Shown one piece after another: positions 46,509 through 60,900 of a DNA stretch of 64,000 nt. The translations under genes and the position numbers were made by a program. A model generated the notes under the pieces. That model was given only the letters and a program-made list of their open reading frames with translations. It had not been told where the DNA came from and did not search any database. The DNA comes from Rhina ancylostomus (Eukaryota). Position 1 is the first letter of the stretch. Each line of letters begins with the position of its first letter. Location: contig JARFYF010000084.1 of assembly GCA_030265395.1 (NCBI GenBank), forward strand, positions 100,265,137-100,329,136. Direction: 5' to 3'.

Positions 46509-49189
46509 TATCACAGATAGTTTCTAAATAATCAGAGCAAGTTGCTTCAGATAACTGCTTCGCTAACTTCCATTATTTCTGGAAATGAAACACAGAGGGT
46601 GCAGCCCCATCTCTGATCTCTCTTGATTGCCCACACAAGGAGGGATGCCAACATTGTTTTCAGCAACTGCATATTTTTGTCTGATCTTAATTATTTTTAT
46701 CCTTTGTGTTTGACTTGTGAATTGCAAACACAGATTTTCTGTCCGAGGTTACTGCTGGCACATAGGTTCTAGTAATATATATAACACATTGTGTTGAAAA
46801 TTATGAAATAATAATATTTTTCCATCTGTTGATGGTTATCTCTGGGGCTATTAACAGTGTACATAAAACATACTTATGTTCATTTTTTGGTATAGTGGAA
46901 CAAGAACAGTGTCAGGAAATGATCCAGTAAATATAAACTGTGCTGCACAATCAGGCACATATTGCAGCAGTGTATTTAGTGCTTTGTGAGACTGTGAGCT
47001 TGCTGCTTTGAAAACAAATTAGCTGTGTTTCCCACCAAGATAAAAGCTTTTCCAAGTGGTATGCTAACCACCTGGAGAAATGACAACCAGAAACATAACA
47101 CACTTCTGTGAATCCTGGGCTTGCCATCCAAAAGTACTGGATAAAGTCAGTCTCTTCTATGTTTGGGAATGGTAAAGGGATCATTACTTTGCTGTGCTAA
47201 TTCTGACTTTGTTGGATCCATAAATTAAGTGTGATCTCTATTTACCATATTTCCACTTTTTTTTTCAACTCTTTGCCCTCTCCCATTCCATTTGTAAAAG
47301 CCATATTAAACCATGCAATAAAAAAATTAAAATTGTTCCTTATCAGAACCCCGTCCTTGCATCCAGCAGCAAACATCTCCATATTTCCAGATCACAAGGT
47401 ATGTATGGTGAGGAAGGTAACTCACTGCACCCCAACCTTCCTATAATTAGCCCACTTCAAACAACTTCTATATTTGTACCTTGTCCACATTGCCAGAGGA
47501 ATCTCCTCCAAATGTTGATCACTAAGATCAACCTCTAATCAGTTCTAAAAATATTTTTTCAATACCTCATGATTCCCTCAGTTGTTTAAATTAAGGAAGT
47601 ATTCCACATTGTGTTTCTCAATACCACGTTGATATATTATTGATTTCCAAAAGCTCACCTCTACTTTCACTCTACTCTTTCCTCAGAACTCATGTTGCCT
47701 GATACTAGGGATTCTCAGCCGTGCCTCAACTCTGATTTCTCTTTGAGACTGAACATCCTGATGATGCTAGCAAAAGACCACTGCCTGGTGATAAGTCTTG
47801 AGGCTTAATATTGCAGTTCCTTTGTGTCTATTCAATCAAATGTGGGAATTGGTCTACGCCATCAGTTTAATAGATTTTCTTTCCTTTAATGCCTAGCTTT
47901 TTCTTAGTCTCTGCTGCATATTCCTCCCATGGTGACAGGTTCACACCTATTTTGCCATCCAAATTCTTAGGAACCCAGTTATCTTCTTTATTCATATTAC
48001 CCTGACTTATTTTTAACATCTTTTTTAATCCTCTTGCAAGTCTTTTACTTCTTCTTTGATTCTTGTACATCTCTTTTCTCAACCTCTTGTTTGTCCAGGT
48101 AATGTTATCACATATCATAAAGTAACAGTTTATTATATTACTTCAGATTACCAGTAATTTATCTGGAATATTAAGTTTGTTACTGTTTCCTTTCAAACAT
48201 GTCAAAAGCCAATGCTCTGCACTTCTTTATTATTATGTTATTATTGCAATCATTTTGCACATACTTTTTCAGGCCCCAAAGATATTTAACGTTATCTGAA
48301 TTGTGACCCAAGTTCATGTCATTGTNNNNNNNNNNNNNNNNNNNNNNNNNNNNNNNNNNNNNNNNNNNNNNNNNNNNNNNNNNNNNNNNNNNNNNNNNNN
48401 NNNNNNNNNNNNNNNNNNNNNNNNNNNNNNNNNNNNNNNNNNNNNNNNNNNNNNNNNNNNNNNNNNNNNNNNNNNNNNNNNNNNNNNNNNNNNNNNNNNN
48501 NNNNNNNNNNNNNNNNNNNNNNNNNNNNNNNNNNNNNNNNNNNNNNNNNNNNNNNNNNNNNNNNNNNNNNNNNNNNATATATATATATAAAAAAGTAGAA
48601 AGGTGCTTATGTGGCTCACTTTCAAAGTAAAATGTTAAAATCTCCCATAAGATGGAACTCATTACAGGAAAAAAAATATACCAATGTACTGAATTATTCC
48701 AATTTTTCCAACTGGACTAATCTCCTGGAAGAATATAACATGAAAGCACAAACTCCAAAGGGAACATGAGGTGATTTGCTCTTTTCTCACAAAGCTTTCT
48801 TCCACATTTTCCAGTACTTCTCTCAAATGCTGACTGAGGGCTTGATTTCAGGATGTGACTCGTATCATCCTTTACCACGTAAAGGCCCACTGAACTGAGA
48901 TGACCCAGATCTCATGCAGCTCGATGCTGGGAGAGAAGAATTGCTGGCTGTATTAATGGAGCTTGTGCCTGGGAAGCTGGCATTGCCTTCAATGTGACAT
49001 TTCGATGGTATTCTGTTGGGAGATGCCAGATGTTTGGCATATGCTTCTATCCTGAGCAATGACAGTACGTTCATGTTGCCTCAAACTATCACGAATCCAC
49101 TGGGTGCAGTATCTGTGTGCTGGCTGATCTGCAGGCAGGTTAGTGTACTGATTGCTGTCCTATCCTGAACATCATGAGAGAGAACAATC

Positions 49190-49371
49190 AAAACAGAAAA
49201 TGCTGGAACCACTCAGCAGATCAGCCAGTATCTGTGAAAGAGAATCAACATTTCATGTCAAAAATCGTTCGTCAAAACTTGAAAGATTTCTGACAGAGGG
49301 TCATCAGTCTGAAATGTTAACTGTTTCCCTTTCTATAGGTGCTGCTTGAAATGCTCAATGTTTCTAGCATT
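49190..49371. repeat. Penelope-derived palindrome
   Basis: AAAACAGAAAATGCTGGAACCACTCAGCAG arm and the inverted CTGAAATGTTAACTG...GCTGCTTGA...TCTAGCATT arm. Confidence 0.7.
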
Positions 49372-50259
49372 NNNNNNNNNNCAACTTTATCAAATGATTA
49401 TACAACAAAATAGCTGATTTTCCTGTAGATGAGGCTACAGATCAAAGAGGCATAATTGTGATTTTATAGGACTTCCTCATAAACTTAGAGCCATGCATAT
49501 TTGTAACATTTCTCAAATATCTCTGAGGTGAATGTACTTCATTTCTGAATTACTCAGCTTGATATGGATTCCTTTCTGCTCAGTCTTCATCCAGAAGCAG
49601 GCACTAGCTCAGGAACTCCTTACTCATTCAACTGTCTTATGCACACGTGGCATGACTTGTAATTTACTATTGCTCAGGCAGTGTTAGATTTCTGAGCTGG
49701 TATGTGGGAGGGGGTAACAAATGACGCAGGATGTGAAACAGAGCAATTTGGGGCTGAGGAGCGAAACATCATCTTCCTTTATGATGTTGCTTCAGGATCA
49801 CATAAATGACTTTATATACTATAGCAAGTCTGCTCCCTGCTCTCCTTGTCATCTTCACAATTCCCATTTTCCTGTTTACCAGTCCCCAATTATTACAATA
49901 GTCATGCAGGAAAGAAGGATACAAGCCAGTACTGCCTTCAGTGTGACATTTCCATATAAGATTGCGTATGCAATTAAAATTGAAATTAAGGTGGCAGAGA
50001 AAGGTGTGGACAAAAGGTCACTGATTTCTAATTTTATCTGTCTGGAGATTATCAGTTGAAGTGATGTCTGGTGACTGTGAAAGTTTTAATGGCAATTCAT
50101 TGAAAAGAAAAAGTATTTTAAAAATAATAACAGAATAGTTTCACAATTTCTTGCTGAACTTTCTATTTTTTAACAGAACTGATCTATTGATTTTATTTTA
50201 TATTTATCTTTCAGCACATAAAATGGTATTTACAGAAGTCTCTGAAAAGTGATGAGCTC

Positions 50260-50385
50260 CAGCGGTTTACAGTGGGGAATGTGGAACTCAGTACTACATT
50301 GAGTAGGTGAAGTAAAATGTATGGATGCATTTAAGAGCAGCTGGACAAGCACATGAGGGAGAAAGGAACAGGAAAAGGGGCTGGC
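50260..50385 (+). mobile_element. CR1 3' fragment
   Basis: GAATGTGGAACTC...GATGCATTTAAG..GCTGGACAAGCACATGAGGGAGAAAGGAA. Confidence 0.6.
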
Positions 50386-53300
50386 TTCAGGCAAATTGAT
50401 TTTTCAACTACTTTTAAGGCTCATGGAAACAAGATAACCTCATTGTAACTTGTGCCTGAGTTCCCTGGTTCTTTTGTGTTGATTTGATTGTTCCACCTTG
50501 GTTACGCCATTAAAATCTAACACAAACTAGTGAAAACTACCCNNNNNNNNNNACTGAATGCTGGACATTTTTGGAGCCAAGATCCTTAAACATCATTTTA
50601 TCATCAGCTAAAATAAAGGATCCTTACCACACTCTGAGATGTGGCTTCTTTCAGGGTGACTCAAAGTTTCATCTCCATTGAATGATTTTCACAGAACTTT
50701 TCACTGCTATGTCCATAGGAGACTGCTTCACTTAGGGCCACTTGTTTAACTTAAAAGGAAAATTATATGAAAAAATAAAATATGGTTTGATTAGTTATGG
50801 GAGGCACGGGGTTGGAAAGAGTGGTGCATTCTGTTTCATCTATGTGGTCTGGAGAATCATGTGACCTCTTATAAAAATCTTGCAGAGAATGAATATGTTG
50901 GAGACAGTAGCAACCTTGTGTGTGCTAAACTACGTCATCAGTATTGGGCATGTGGCTTGAATAATAAAGGCCCTAAAGTAAAATTATTTTCTAAGTCCTA
51001 ATTTTATACATTTTTAAACTAAGTCATTTTAGTGGTGCCTTATGTGATTCAAATGGTCTGACTATGCAGAGTGCTTCTGGAATTAGAAGCATGTTTGTAC
51101 AGTTGTTGATCTGTCAAAACGTTACTTTGTCCTTTTCCTACAATTTAGAAGGATCATAATTAAGACTCACACTATCTTGACATCTGAGTACCCTGTACAG
51201 ACTTTAAGAGTGATTAAGTGGGCATAGTACAGAGCAGGCTTGGAAGGAAATCAGCAGAATACTTAAGCACATATATTTTCTACGAGACAAGAAATCTTGT
51301 TCAATGGTATATACTATTTCAGAAGAAGTACCCAACACATTTTCACCAAGGCAAACCTTTATTAAACCATTTTGTTTAACAATAGGTTGCAAATCCATAA
51401 AAATCCAATTAATTTAAGCTTCTTTGAAAATCCAGATGTATGTCTTTGATTATAAACGGTTAGCACTTTAACACTAAATAAGAACTTTAAATAGCTAATT
51501 ATACAGATATAAATTGTATTTGCAATTCCTTTGTTTTATAACATTCTTCTCTTTAAAAGCATGTTTTAAACTTTGCCATCAGTGAATATGTTCATATCAA
51601 CAGTAATATGTTGACTTTCCGAGCTTTGGATTTATAATCATTTAATAACATAAAATTGAAACAGTAGGATAAAGGAAATTTGGAGAGTGTGGAGTTCATT
51701 TTCCTGTTCTCATATAGTGATTATTATTGTGAATGTACATACTTATAGCTACCTTTTAGAAATGCATTCATGCTGTAACAAATACTAAGCTGAAGTTCTA
51801 TATGCTATTTTATTTCAAAATGATGTGATCATAAGAATGGAGTTCCCATCTTTTGCTTAAAAGGCACACTTGCAGTTTGTTAATATCTTGTTATTCAGAG
51901 CAGAATTCACAATAGAAATGGGCTTAGAAAATTCAATTCTATTCCCATCACATAACCTTTGTGCAGCTAGCTAGGCAAAAGCACAAGCGGTACATCAAAA
52001 CAAATTAATCAGAAATAAAGGCAATTCAAAGAGCTTTTGAAACCAAAAGTTAACTTAAAAGCCTGAGAAATCAAGGTAACTGAAGAAAGGGTCTTCATCA
52101 TACCCTGCTGCCACATCAGCTTTTGACACAACAGACTAATGATTTATCCAGCTGTTTGAATTTTACACTGTAACATACAAAACAACTATTGATTTTGGCA
52201 AATCCATCCAAGCTCATTTGTTTTTGATTCTTTCCTCTGTGTTGTGACAACCCTCTTCTATGTCTATACAAAGCTATAAATAACCTCAGGCTAATACAGG
52301 AAATGTCTAATGATGGGCAAGAAAGCAATAGCAATTGTGTAAGAAGGCAAATGCAGATTGAATAATCAACTTAGTAGACATAGACATCAATCTTACATCT
52401 TCAAGGAGATACAAGCTACTTGTCTAATCAAGTTTTTTTTTGCCCTGATATATATCATTCTTTCTCCCTTTGGATAAACACATGAAAATACACAGAAACC
52501 TGCAAGACCTAACTCAGTAGACATAGCACTAACTCATACTGCTTCAATAAAGAAATGATAATNNNNNNNNNNNNNNNNNNNNNNNNNNNNNNNNNNNNNN
52601 NNNNNTCAGCCAAAATAACACACACACACACATCTATATATATATGTAGATAGGTAGATAGTCTGTACACAAATAAGTGTGTAGTTATCATTAAGTCATT
52701 CTAATATATATCATGACTCTTGATACATTGTTGCACACAGATTTTGCAGTACAGGAGAGCATTACTACATTCAAAGAACCCTACTTCTATTAATCTGTTG
52801 TTGCAAGTAGCAACACAAAGTTGATCTGTGTGTTAATCTCAATGAAGTGACCTGGTACTCTTAATCTATTCAATGCCACATTGTACTTTGTAAAACAATA
52901 TTCTGGAGCCTGAAGAATTTCAGAGTTATGCACAAATATTCCTTATGTATAACACATTTGAAAGCATCAAAATGAAGCTAATCATTAAATTAAATGATTA
53001 TTGAATGGTTGACAAGAAAACAAAATATATTCTCCCATGTAAAGTGAAGTTAGTCAAAATATTCAGGAGATATTCATTTAAGAGGGGAGTACCTACCTTT
53101 GAAGGTAATAAAATGATTTATTTAAGTTACCAGCCCATTGAGTAGAACAAAAGTCTGCATCTCAGCACAGCAATGTAACTGAAAGCACTGAGTGCAGAGA
53201 AGACTGCTGAACAGGAAAGGTGGTTTAGAGCAATATTAACTTCTGGATATTGTTACTTCAGCTAAATTTACTGCCTCTATCAGTGTAATTACAAAGCAAC

Positions 53301-53397
53301 ACATATTCAATTTTTAATTTGTAACAGCTATGTTGTAGGAAAGCTTGTTGGGAGCAATCACTTCACTGTTGTTGGCATCTGTGAAGTTTCTGAGTTG

Positions 53398-54815
53398 TTT
53401 GTTCAAGAAAGGGACGCAGTAGGGACAACCCTGAGAATTACAGGCCAGTGAGTGTTACTTCAGTGGTGGGTAAATTACTGGAGAAGATTCTTAGAGACAA
53501 GACTTATGGGCATTTAGTGAAGCATAGGCTGATTAGGGACAGTCAGCATGGCTTTGTGAGGGGCAGATTGTACCTCACGAGCCTGACTGAATTCTTTGAG
53601 GATGTGACAAAACACATTGATGAAGGTCAAGCAGTGGATGTGGTGTACATGGATTGCAATAAGGCATTTGATAAGCTTCCTCATGGAAGGCTTATTCAGA
53701 AAGTCAGGAGGCACGGGATCCAGAGAAACTTGCCTGTGCGGATTCAGATTTGGCTTGCCCATAGANNNNNNNNNNNNNNNNNNNNNNNNNNNNNNNNNNN
53801 NNNNNNNNNNNNNNNNNNNNNNNNNNNNNNNNNNNNNNNNNNNNNNNNNNNNNNNNNNNNNNNNNNNNNNNNNNNNNNNNNNNNNNNNNNNNNNNNNNNN
53901 NNNNNNNNNNNNNNNNNNNNNNNNNNNNNNNNNNNNNNNNNNNNNNNNNNNNNNNNNNNNNNNNNNNNNNNNNNNNNNNNNNNNNNNNNNNNNNNNNNNN
54001 NNNNNNNNNNNNNNNNNNNNNNNNNNNNNNNNNNNNNNNNNNNNNNNNNNNNNNNNNNNNNNNNNNNNNNNNNNNNNNNNNNNNNNNNNNNNNNNNNNNN
54101 NNNNNNNNNNNNNNNNNNNNNNNNNNNNNNNNNNNNNNNNNNNNNNNNNNNNNNNNNNNNNNNNNNNNNNNNNNNNNNNNNNNNNNNNNNNNNNNNNNNN
54201 NNNNNNNNNNNNNNNNNNNNNNNNNNNNNNNNNNNNNNNNNNNNNNNNNNNNNNNNNNNNNNNNNNNNNNNNNNNNNNNNNNNNNNNNNNNNNNNNNNNN
54301 NNNNNNNNNNNNNNNNNNNNNNNNNNNNNNNNNNNNNNNNNNNNNNNNNNNNNNNNNNNNNNNNNNNNNNNNNNNNNNNNNNNNNNNNNNNNNNNNNNNN
54401 NNNNNNNNNNNNNNNNNNNNNNNNNNNNNNTGGAACAAAGGAGGATGAGAGGTGACTTGATAGAGGTGTACAAGATGATAGAAGGCATAGATCAAGTGGA
54501 CAGTCAGAGATTTTTTCCCCACAGTGAAAATGGCTCACACAAGGGAGCACAATTTTAAGGTGATTGAAGGAAGGTATGGGGGGATGTCAGAAGCAAGTTT
54601 TTTTACACAGAGTCATAGGTGCATGGAACACACTGACGGGAGAGGTGGTCGAGGCAGATACATTAGGGATATTGAAGATACTCTTAGATAGCCACATGCA
54701 TGATAGACAAATGGAGGGCAATGTGGGAGGGAAGGGTTTGATAGATCTAAGAGCAGGATAAGATGTTGGCACAACATCGTGGGCTGCAGAGCCTGTACTG
54801 TTCTATGCTCTATGT
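53398..54815 (+). mobile_element. Young 5'-truncated HER1/CR1 LINE (RT domain to 3' tail; centre in gap)
   Basis: LFKKG..DNPENYRPVSVTSVVGKLLEKILRD...SQHGFVRGR..LTSLTEFFE...VDVVYMDCNKAFDKLPH; after the gap RRMRGDLIEVYK; GTTCTATG tail. Confidence 0.95.
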
Positions 54816-54842
54816 TTGGCAAAATACCCAGAGTTCTGCTCT

Positions 54843-54960
54843 AGAGATTAACTGGTCAGTCATTTCATTGCTGCTTATTGGATTTTGTTGTACACAAGAT
54901 GGCTCTTGTGTTTGCTTACCTAACCACTGAAATGTCAGAGGAATTGTTTGTATGCGAAGC
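54843..54960 (+). mobile_element. Deu-domain SINE fragment
   Basis: AGATTAACTGGTCA..CATTGCTG..TTGTTGTACACAAGATGGCT, similar to 16430-16510. Confidence 0.45.
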
Positions 54961-57900
54961 ATGTGGTACCACATACACTCAAAACTTTGTCTTTTTGAGA
55001 GGTCATACAGTGATTATTCCTTCTAATATTAGTTTAGAACATTCAATTTAAAATCTTTTTAACTCTCTGTGGTACATTTTTGGAGTAGATGCAAAGAACT
55101 TTCTGATAATAAAACCTAAATACAGAAACCCCTTTTGCAATTTAAGTTTCAGCAGCACACGACATTATCTGGTAGCAGGTAGTCAAAATAATTGATTAAT
55201 TGATGCACCAAAGGGAATTGTTGATATTAACTGCATTAAAATTTAGCATTTCCAAACAAAGTACTTCATACTCATGGAGTAACTTTGTTGTTTAACTGAC
55301 ATTTTCACTTGTATTTAATGGGGAAATTGTTTCCTAAAAATGGACAGCTCATAAATAATTTCTTGTGAGTTTTGCTTGACAATTAAATAAAATATTTATG
55401 TCAAAAATATGTTCTGGTTTTCTACAGGAAAAATGCTACAGATGTTTTTCTTTGTTTTATAATTTGAATTATTTCTCATGGCGATGGTTGCCTTAACAGG
55501 AGAAAAATCCTAAATAAGATTTAAGAAAAGAAGATCTGAAATAAATATATGAGATATGTCAAACATGCTGCTAATAATATGTCAAACATCTTGGTAATAA
55601 TAAACTTCTGCCTTCCACAGATTATGTTATTGGAAGTAATTTTGACTTTGGGTGATAATATAAAGCAGGTGATATCGATTCAGCTGCCCTTAATATATTC
55701 CTCAAGATTTTTATTCCAACTGAAGTCATTGGAAGTGAAAATCAAGAGAGTGAGTAAGTGGTCACTGAATTGATCATACTCATTTCACACTATCATCCAA
55801 AATCATTTACCCACTTTGTATCATTGTACTATCACAATTATACAATGTTAATGCCTTACACGGTTAATCTGGTAAATTCAATAATTAACCAATAAAGCAT
55901 AAAATTTGCATTGTTAAAGGTGCCATGAAATTGAATTTTAGTATGTCAATATATTATACCATCGGCAAAGGAAAAAGCACAACATCTATTTTCTAAGAAT
56001 CCTCAAAATTATATTAAAACTAGTCTAAGTGTAATAAAGATAATGTTGTATCTTCTTTTAAAACTATTAACTATCATTAAAAATATTATATAAAGCATTC
56101 ATAGGAACATCTCCCTTCAAATAAAATGTCTGCAAGGTTGAAATCAGGTTTGCTATGAAAAGCCAAAATGATTTATTCTAACTTAACAGATAAAGAGTCT
56201 TGGATATTTGGAGGTCGGAACTGAAGGCTTTACCTTATAGTTGCACAAGTTGCAGCAACACTTTAATTCAACCAGGCATCCAACTAGAGAAAATTGCCAA
56301 CAGAGGAGAGCCTATAACTCTTGACAAGAAGCATTTGTCACTATTTCTGTTGGACTACCGAAGAATTTGCCTGGAAGCTCAGTTTGAAAGATCTGTTCGT
56401 CTGCAGTGTAAATGGTAACATGGTGAAACAAGAGCCACTTACATAAGGTACGTAATACAATAATGCATAAATTCAGTGAGGGCGGAAAGTGATACTTTGA
56501 TGAAAGTAAGTGCCTTGCTCCACCTTTCATACTTTTCATTTTTCTTTACACACAAAGTTGCTTCCATTAGCTAAATAAACCAAAGTACTGGGCAATTCAA
56601 GATCCCATGGAGGAAAACATAGAAATTATGTCCCCCCCCCTTAAAAACAATGTCAGCAGATTCTGGTCCACAGAACACCACCGATGCGGTGCAAATGAGA
56701 AGAACGAGTGCAATGGATACTTCAATATCAACAGATGCAGAACTGATAAGACATCATTCACCTTTAAAATCAGTCCATTCAATTACAAAGCAAGTTGCAG
56801 AAAACAACATCTAAAATCATAGATGTACAGATTGCCCTAAATATAAATTTACTGTATATTTTATTTCTGAAGTTTAAATATGTTTCTCAAATGTAAAACT
56901 ATTANNNNNNNNNNNNNNNNNNNNNNNNNNNNNNNNNNNNNNNNNNNNNNNNNNNNNNNNNNNNNNNNNNNNNNNNNNNNNNNNNNNNNNNNNNNNNNNN
57001 NNNNAAATGTAAAACTATTACTACAGCTTTCTGATACAAAATGCTGTATGAAGGAAATGCTAAGCTTTACCTAATTAGATGTGGCAATGTAATACCTTTG
57101 GAAAGTAAATCCTTGCTGTTCTTTTTTTGTGAATAGATTGTTTATTTTGATCCAATAAAGCAGATTAGAAGATTCCAGTCAAATAAATTGTACAGCAATA
57201 TGAAATGCATTCTAAAAATAAAAAATTGTCTACATTAAAAAAAATTACATTATTTGTCCTGATAATTTGCTACCTATAAATCTTTGGAATACATTGCTGT
57301 GAATAAAATGCATTTCAGATGCAGGATGTTTTGTCTGATTGGATTATCAGCAGCAATTAAAATTACATCAGCCATTGAATTTTAAAACGAACTAACAAAG
57401 ATTGCAACCAACACTGGACAATCATGATAAGCAGGTTTTACTGTGGAACAAAAACATCACTGAATTCATTATGCTTAACACATAGTTTAATCTTTGTTAC
57501 AGTTTGTAAAATTTCCATTAAATATGAATAGTTGAGTGCAATAACCATATCGTCTTTCATGACACTTGCTAAAAAGGATTATCATGGCATAAAACCATGC
57601 AAGTCCATCATTATTTCAAAACATGATCAAGCATTTAGGAAGATATCAGCGTTTGTCATCTTGCATTAAATGAGGTTTACCTCATTTCATTGACTCCTAT
57701 GTATTCATTTGCTGATGCTTGCCTAACACAGAGGTAAGTTTCACACATCTGCTTTCTCAGGCAGCCCTACATTACTTGCAAAGCTTTTGTGTTTGAAATT
57801 TTTGTGCTGTTTCTCACAAAGGAGCTCATTTAGTGCTGGTTATCTAATATTCTAAGTCAGTTGATGGACATTTTACTTGGCGAAAAACCTCATAAAAGGT

Positions 57901-60900
57901 TAAGGTTCAGCTTAATATAAGTTTTCTCCCAAATATTGCAAAATTTATCATAGAGGCTGTGTGGAGTCACTATGTCTGCAAGATGTAATCCGACATCCTG
58001 GTGATCCTGGAGCCAATCTGTAGCCAACACAAAGCCCTATTTAATGCACTGCCAATCACTGAAGTACAGTAGCTCAAGAGAAGGAGCGATCAAGGCCTTT
58101 CTTTGATTTTCTCAAAAGAAAGATTATTTCTTTTAATTTACAACCTTAGTACATATTAACAAGTTAGTTTTAATAGAATAATGTTATGATTTTTTAAAAT
58201 GCTTTCTGTAATTTTCCAAGTCACATGTTCATCTATTTGAAGCAAAAGGCTGCGGAAGATCAGGATTCAGTGTTGTGCAAATGGAATTAACTAAATTTTA
58301 TTCCCTACTCTAATGCAGTAGGAATTGTAGCTTTGTTATAATGGTTGTACATCTCTTGTTATTTGAAAAAAAGTATTTCAAATTTTATTTGCCATCTCTG
58401 ATAAGCAGTATGTGCTGAGTTCACTAAATATCATTTATGGAACAAGTAATGTTATTTGGATCAATATAATTCAAATCAGCTGGAACTACATCTGACCTGC
58501 TTTCTTAAAACTTTTAACAAAGTGAAACACATTTTTGGCAAAAAAATATCTGCTTTGGAAATATTTCTGTCAGCTTAAAAATAACAGATATGTAGACCAA
58601 CAAAATGTTGGGTGAAACAAATCTACTCTTTGCAAAACCTTCATGCTCTCTTCATTAACTTTAATTGTGCTGTTGAGCTCCCTAAAGAGCATTTTGTTTG
58701 GACTCTTTTGTGGCTGTTAACTTAAAGGTAATCCTGATAGCCTCTATAAAATATTACCTTACATGTCAATTACATTATTATACTGGGGTAAATGGGGGAA
58801 AACAGTTCAAAACAGTCTTTTAATGGCTCCAAAGGTATCTCATAAACCAAATGGAAAGGTTAAAAGCACAAAATGCAGGAATAAGGATGAAAGTTGCCAA
58901 TTGATAGTCTGATAATGGTATGCAATGCTAGCACACCTTTATCACTGAACACAAACATTTTCTTTTGTTTGCTCCATTTGATGTTGATGAAATAACTTCG
59001 GATATTTCAATCTGGGCTGATTATATATGGCACAAGAGAACTGAGAAACAATACTTACAACATTACAAAGGTTTTTAATTAATTAAATTTCTGTGCTATG
59101 CTAAGTGTTTTTGGGTGATTTTGAACTGTTCACATCATAGTGGGGATATTTTGCAGGTTATGAGATGGTGACTGAGAAAGTAATGGTTATTTTATTGATT
59201 AATTGATTTCAAATTTTAAATGCATCAATATGTAGGAGATGGATCAGCATAAGTAGTTTTCTTTATATATTCAGTAATTGTCTAATGTTGCTAACAGATT
59301 TAGCTTATTGTGCTTTATTCATTTTTGGAATATCAAACCCAATTTTCTCTAATGTGCAGTTATAAGTAAGTGGGGATTATATCACTTTAGCAATTGAAAA
59401 TCAAAAATTGCAGATGAATAGTAATAGTGGCCAATTGTGCTGTATGTTTAATTGAACTATTCTGAGCTATGTAGCATTTCAGATGTGTATAATCCACCAT
59501 GGAATTTCATCTTAAAGATCACATCGTTTAGCAGGAAAAGTAGAGAAGAATTCAGCATAAGCCAAGCCATAGACTTAAGAAACAAGTTACCAACATCTGG
59601 GGAATGAACGTATAAGAGACCAGTTCAGAAGCTAATATACTGCAACTTGAGAGGTAAAACAAGGCCTGGCCACGTTTTCTGATCTCATTGAACAATATGT
59701 AAAAAGTACGGATATGCAGAAAAGTAACAGCAGAAAATTAACAGCAGAAAATTGTCAGAAAATCTTTTCTGACAATTGGTTAAAATAATCCACACATAGA
59801 GACATAATCTTTGGTATATAATGTTGTTAGGCTTCTTATATTCAATGGGCAGATTTTATTAGCATGGGTCTGCCACCTGCACCCACTGTCCATGAGCCAC
59901 ATGCCTTTGGGGTTAGCTGAATCCAAAAGGGCAGCCTTGCCTGACCACAGTGTCCCAAATCCAAGGTGCAAGACACTGAGTGGCAACACAGCCTTGAATA
60001 AGTTGATGGAGTTAAGTGAGCAAGACAAGAAAAGAACCACCCAGAAGATTCCTCTGGAAGACTTTGTTTCTCTCATTCAGGAACATATAAAAACTATTAA
60101 AATGAAATAAATTATTAGTAAAATAAAATTATTCATATTTTGAATGAAGCAACATCAACAGAAACACTTTTAATTAAACATAAAGATTAAACACAAATCA
60201 TTTAAAAATGTTACTCACATTATTATTTCCAACAATCACGCAACCCGTTCAAAATGGATGTGGTTCTTCACAAGACCAAGCCAGGATCTGGATTTGAGAG
60301 CAGATGTCCCAGTGTAAGTGCTGGGGAATCTCAGCAGATCTAACAGTGTGCTGAACTCCATAGGAAGTCTAGAAGCGGTGTGCAGTCAGGAAATCGCTGG
60401 TGAAGTTCAGCCAGTAGGTTCAGGACTCCACTTTCACATGAGACTCCAGAAATTTATTGGCAAGTACCTGAAAAATGTTGGCACTTTCCCATGGAACTGC
60501 CTGAGAAATGTATCAAAATCTGAGGTTGTGTTACAAAGCTCTATTATGTAAGGCTTATTATTGTGTTTAAATCATGTATTTCAACATTGATTGAATGTGA
60601 AATATTTTAAATATTTATACATTAAGTTATGCCTATTCTTAGACTTTGCTGAATATATTCAACGACTGTCTTATTGTGCTTTGAGGTCAGTAACCATTAA
60701 GGCTGAACCTATTCAATGATAATGCTTCATGTTTCAGGAACACATATTGTTAGTGGACACCATAACATAATCTTTTCTTTAAAATGAAACCTCTGGAGCA
60801 CACTGCTCAAGATGGCAGAGAATAATTATTATCCTAAAGTCTTCCATTATTCCAAGGCCTGGTCTTCAGAGGTCCGCAGGAAGTCATTATTCCAGATCAA

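Noticed and set aside
48850-49075. Possible additional Harbinger transposase relic (GCING, LLGD-like words)
   Set aside because: Motifs are short, in different frames and wrongly spaced; not supportable without a profile search.
59840-60540. GC-richer blocks around an AT-rich core (similar layout at 41120-41450), possible non-autonomous DNA transposons
   Set aside because: I could not identify TIRs or TSDs, so they are left uncalled.
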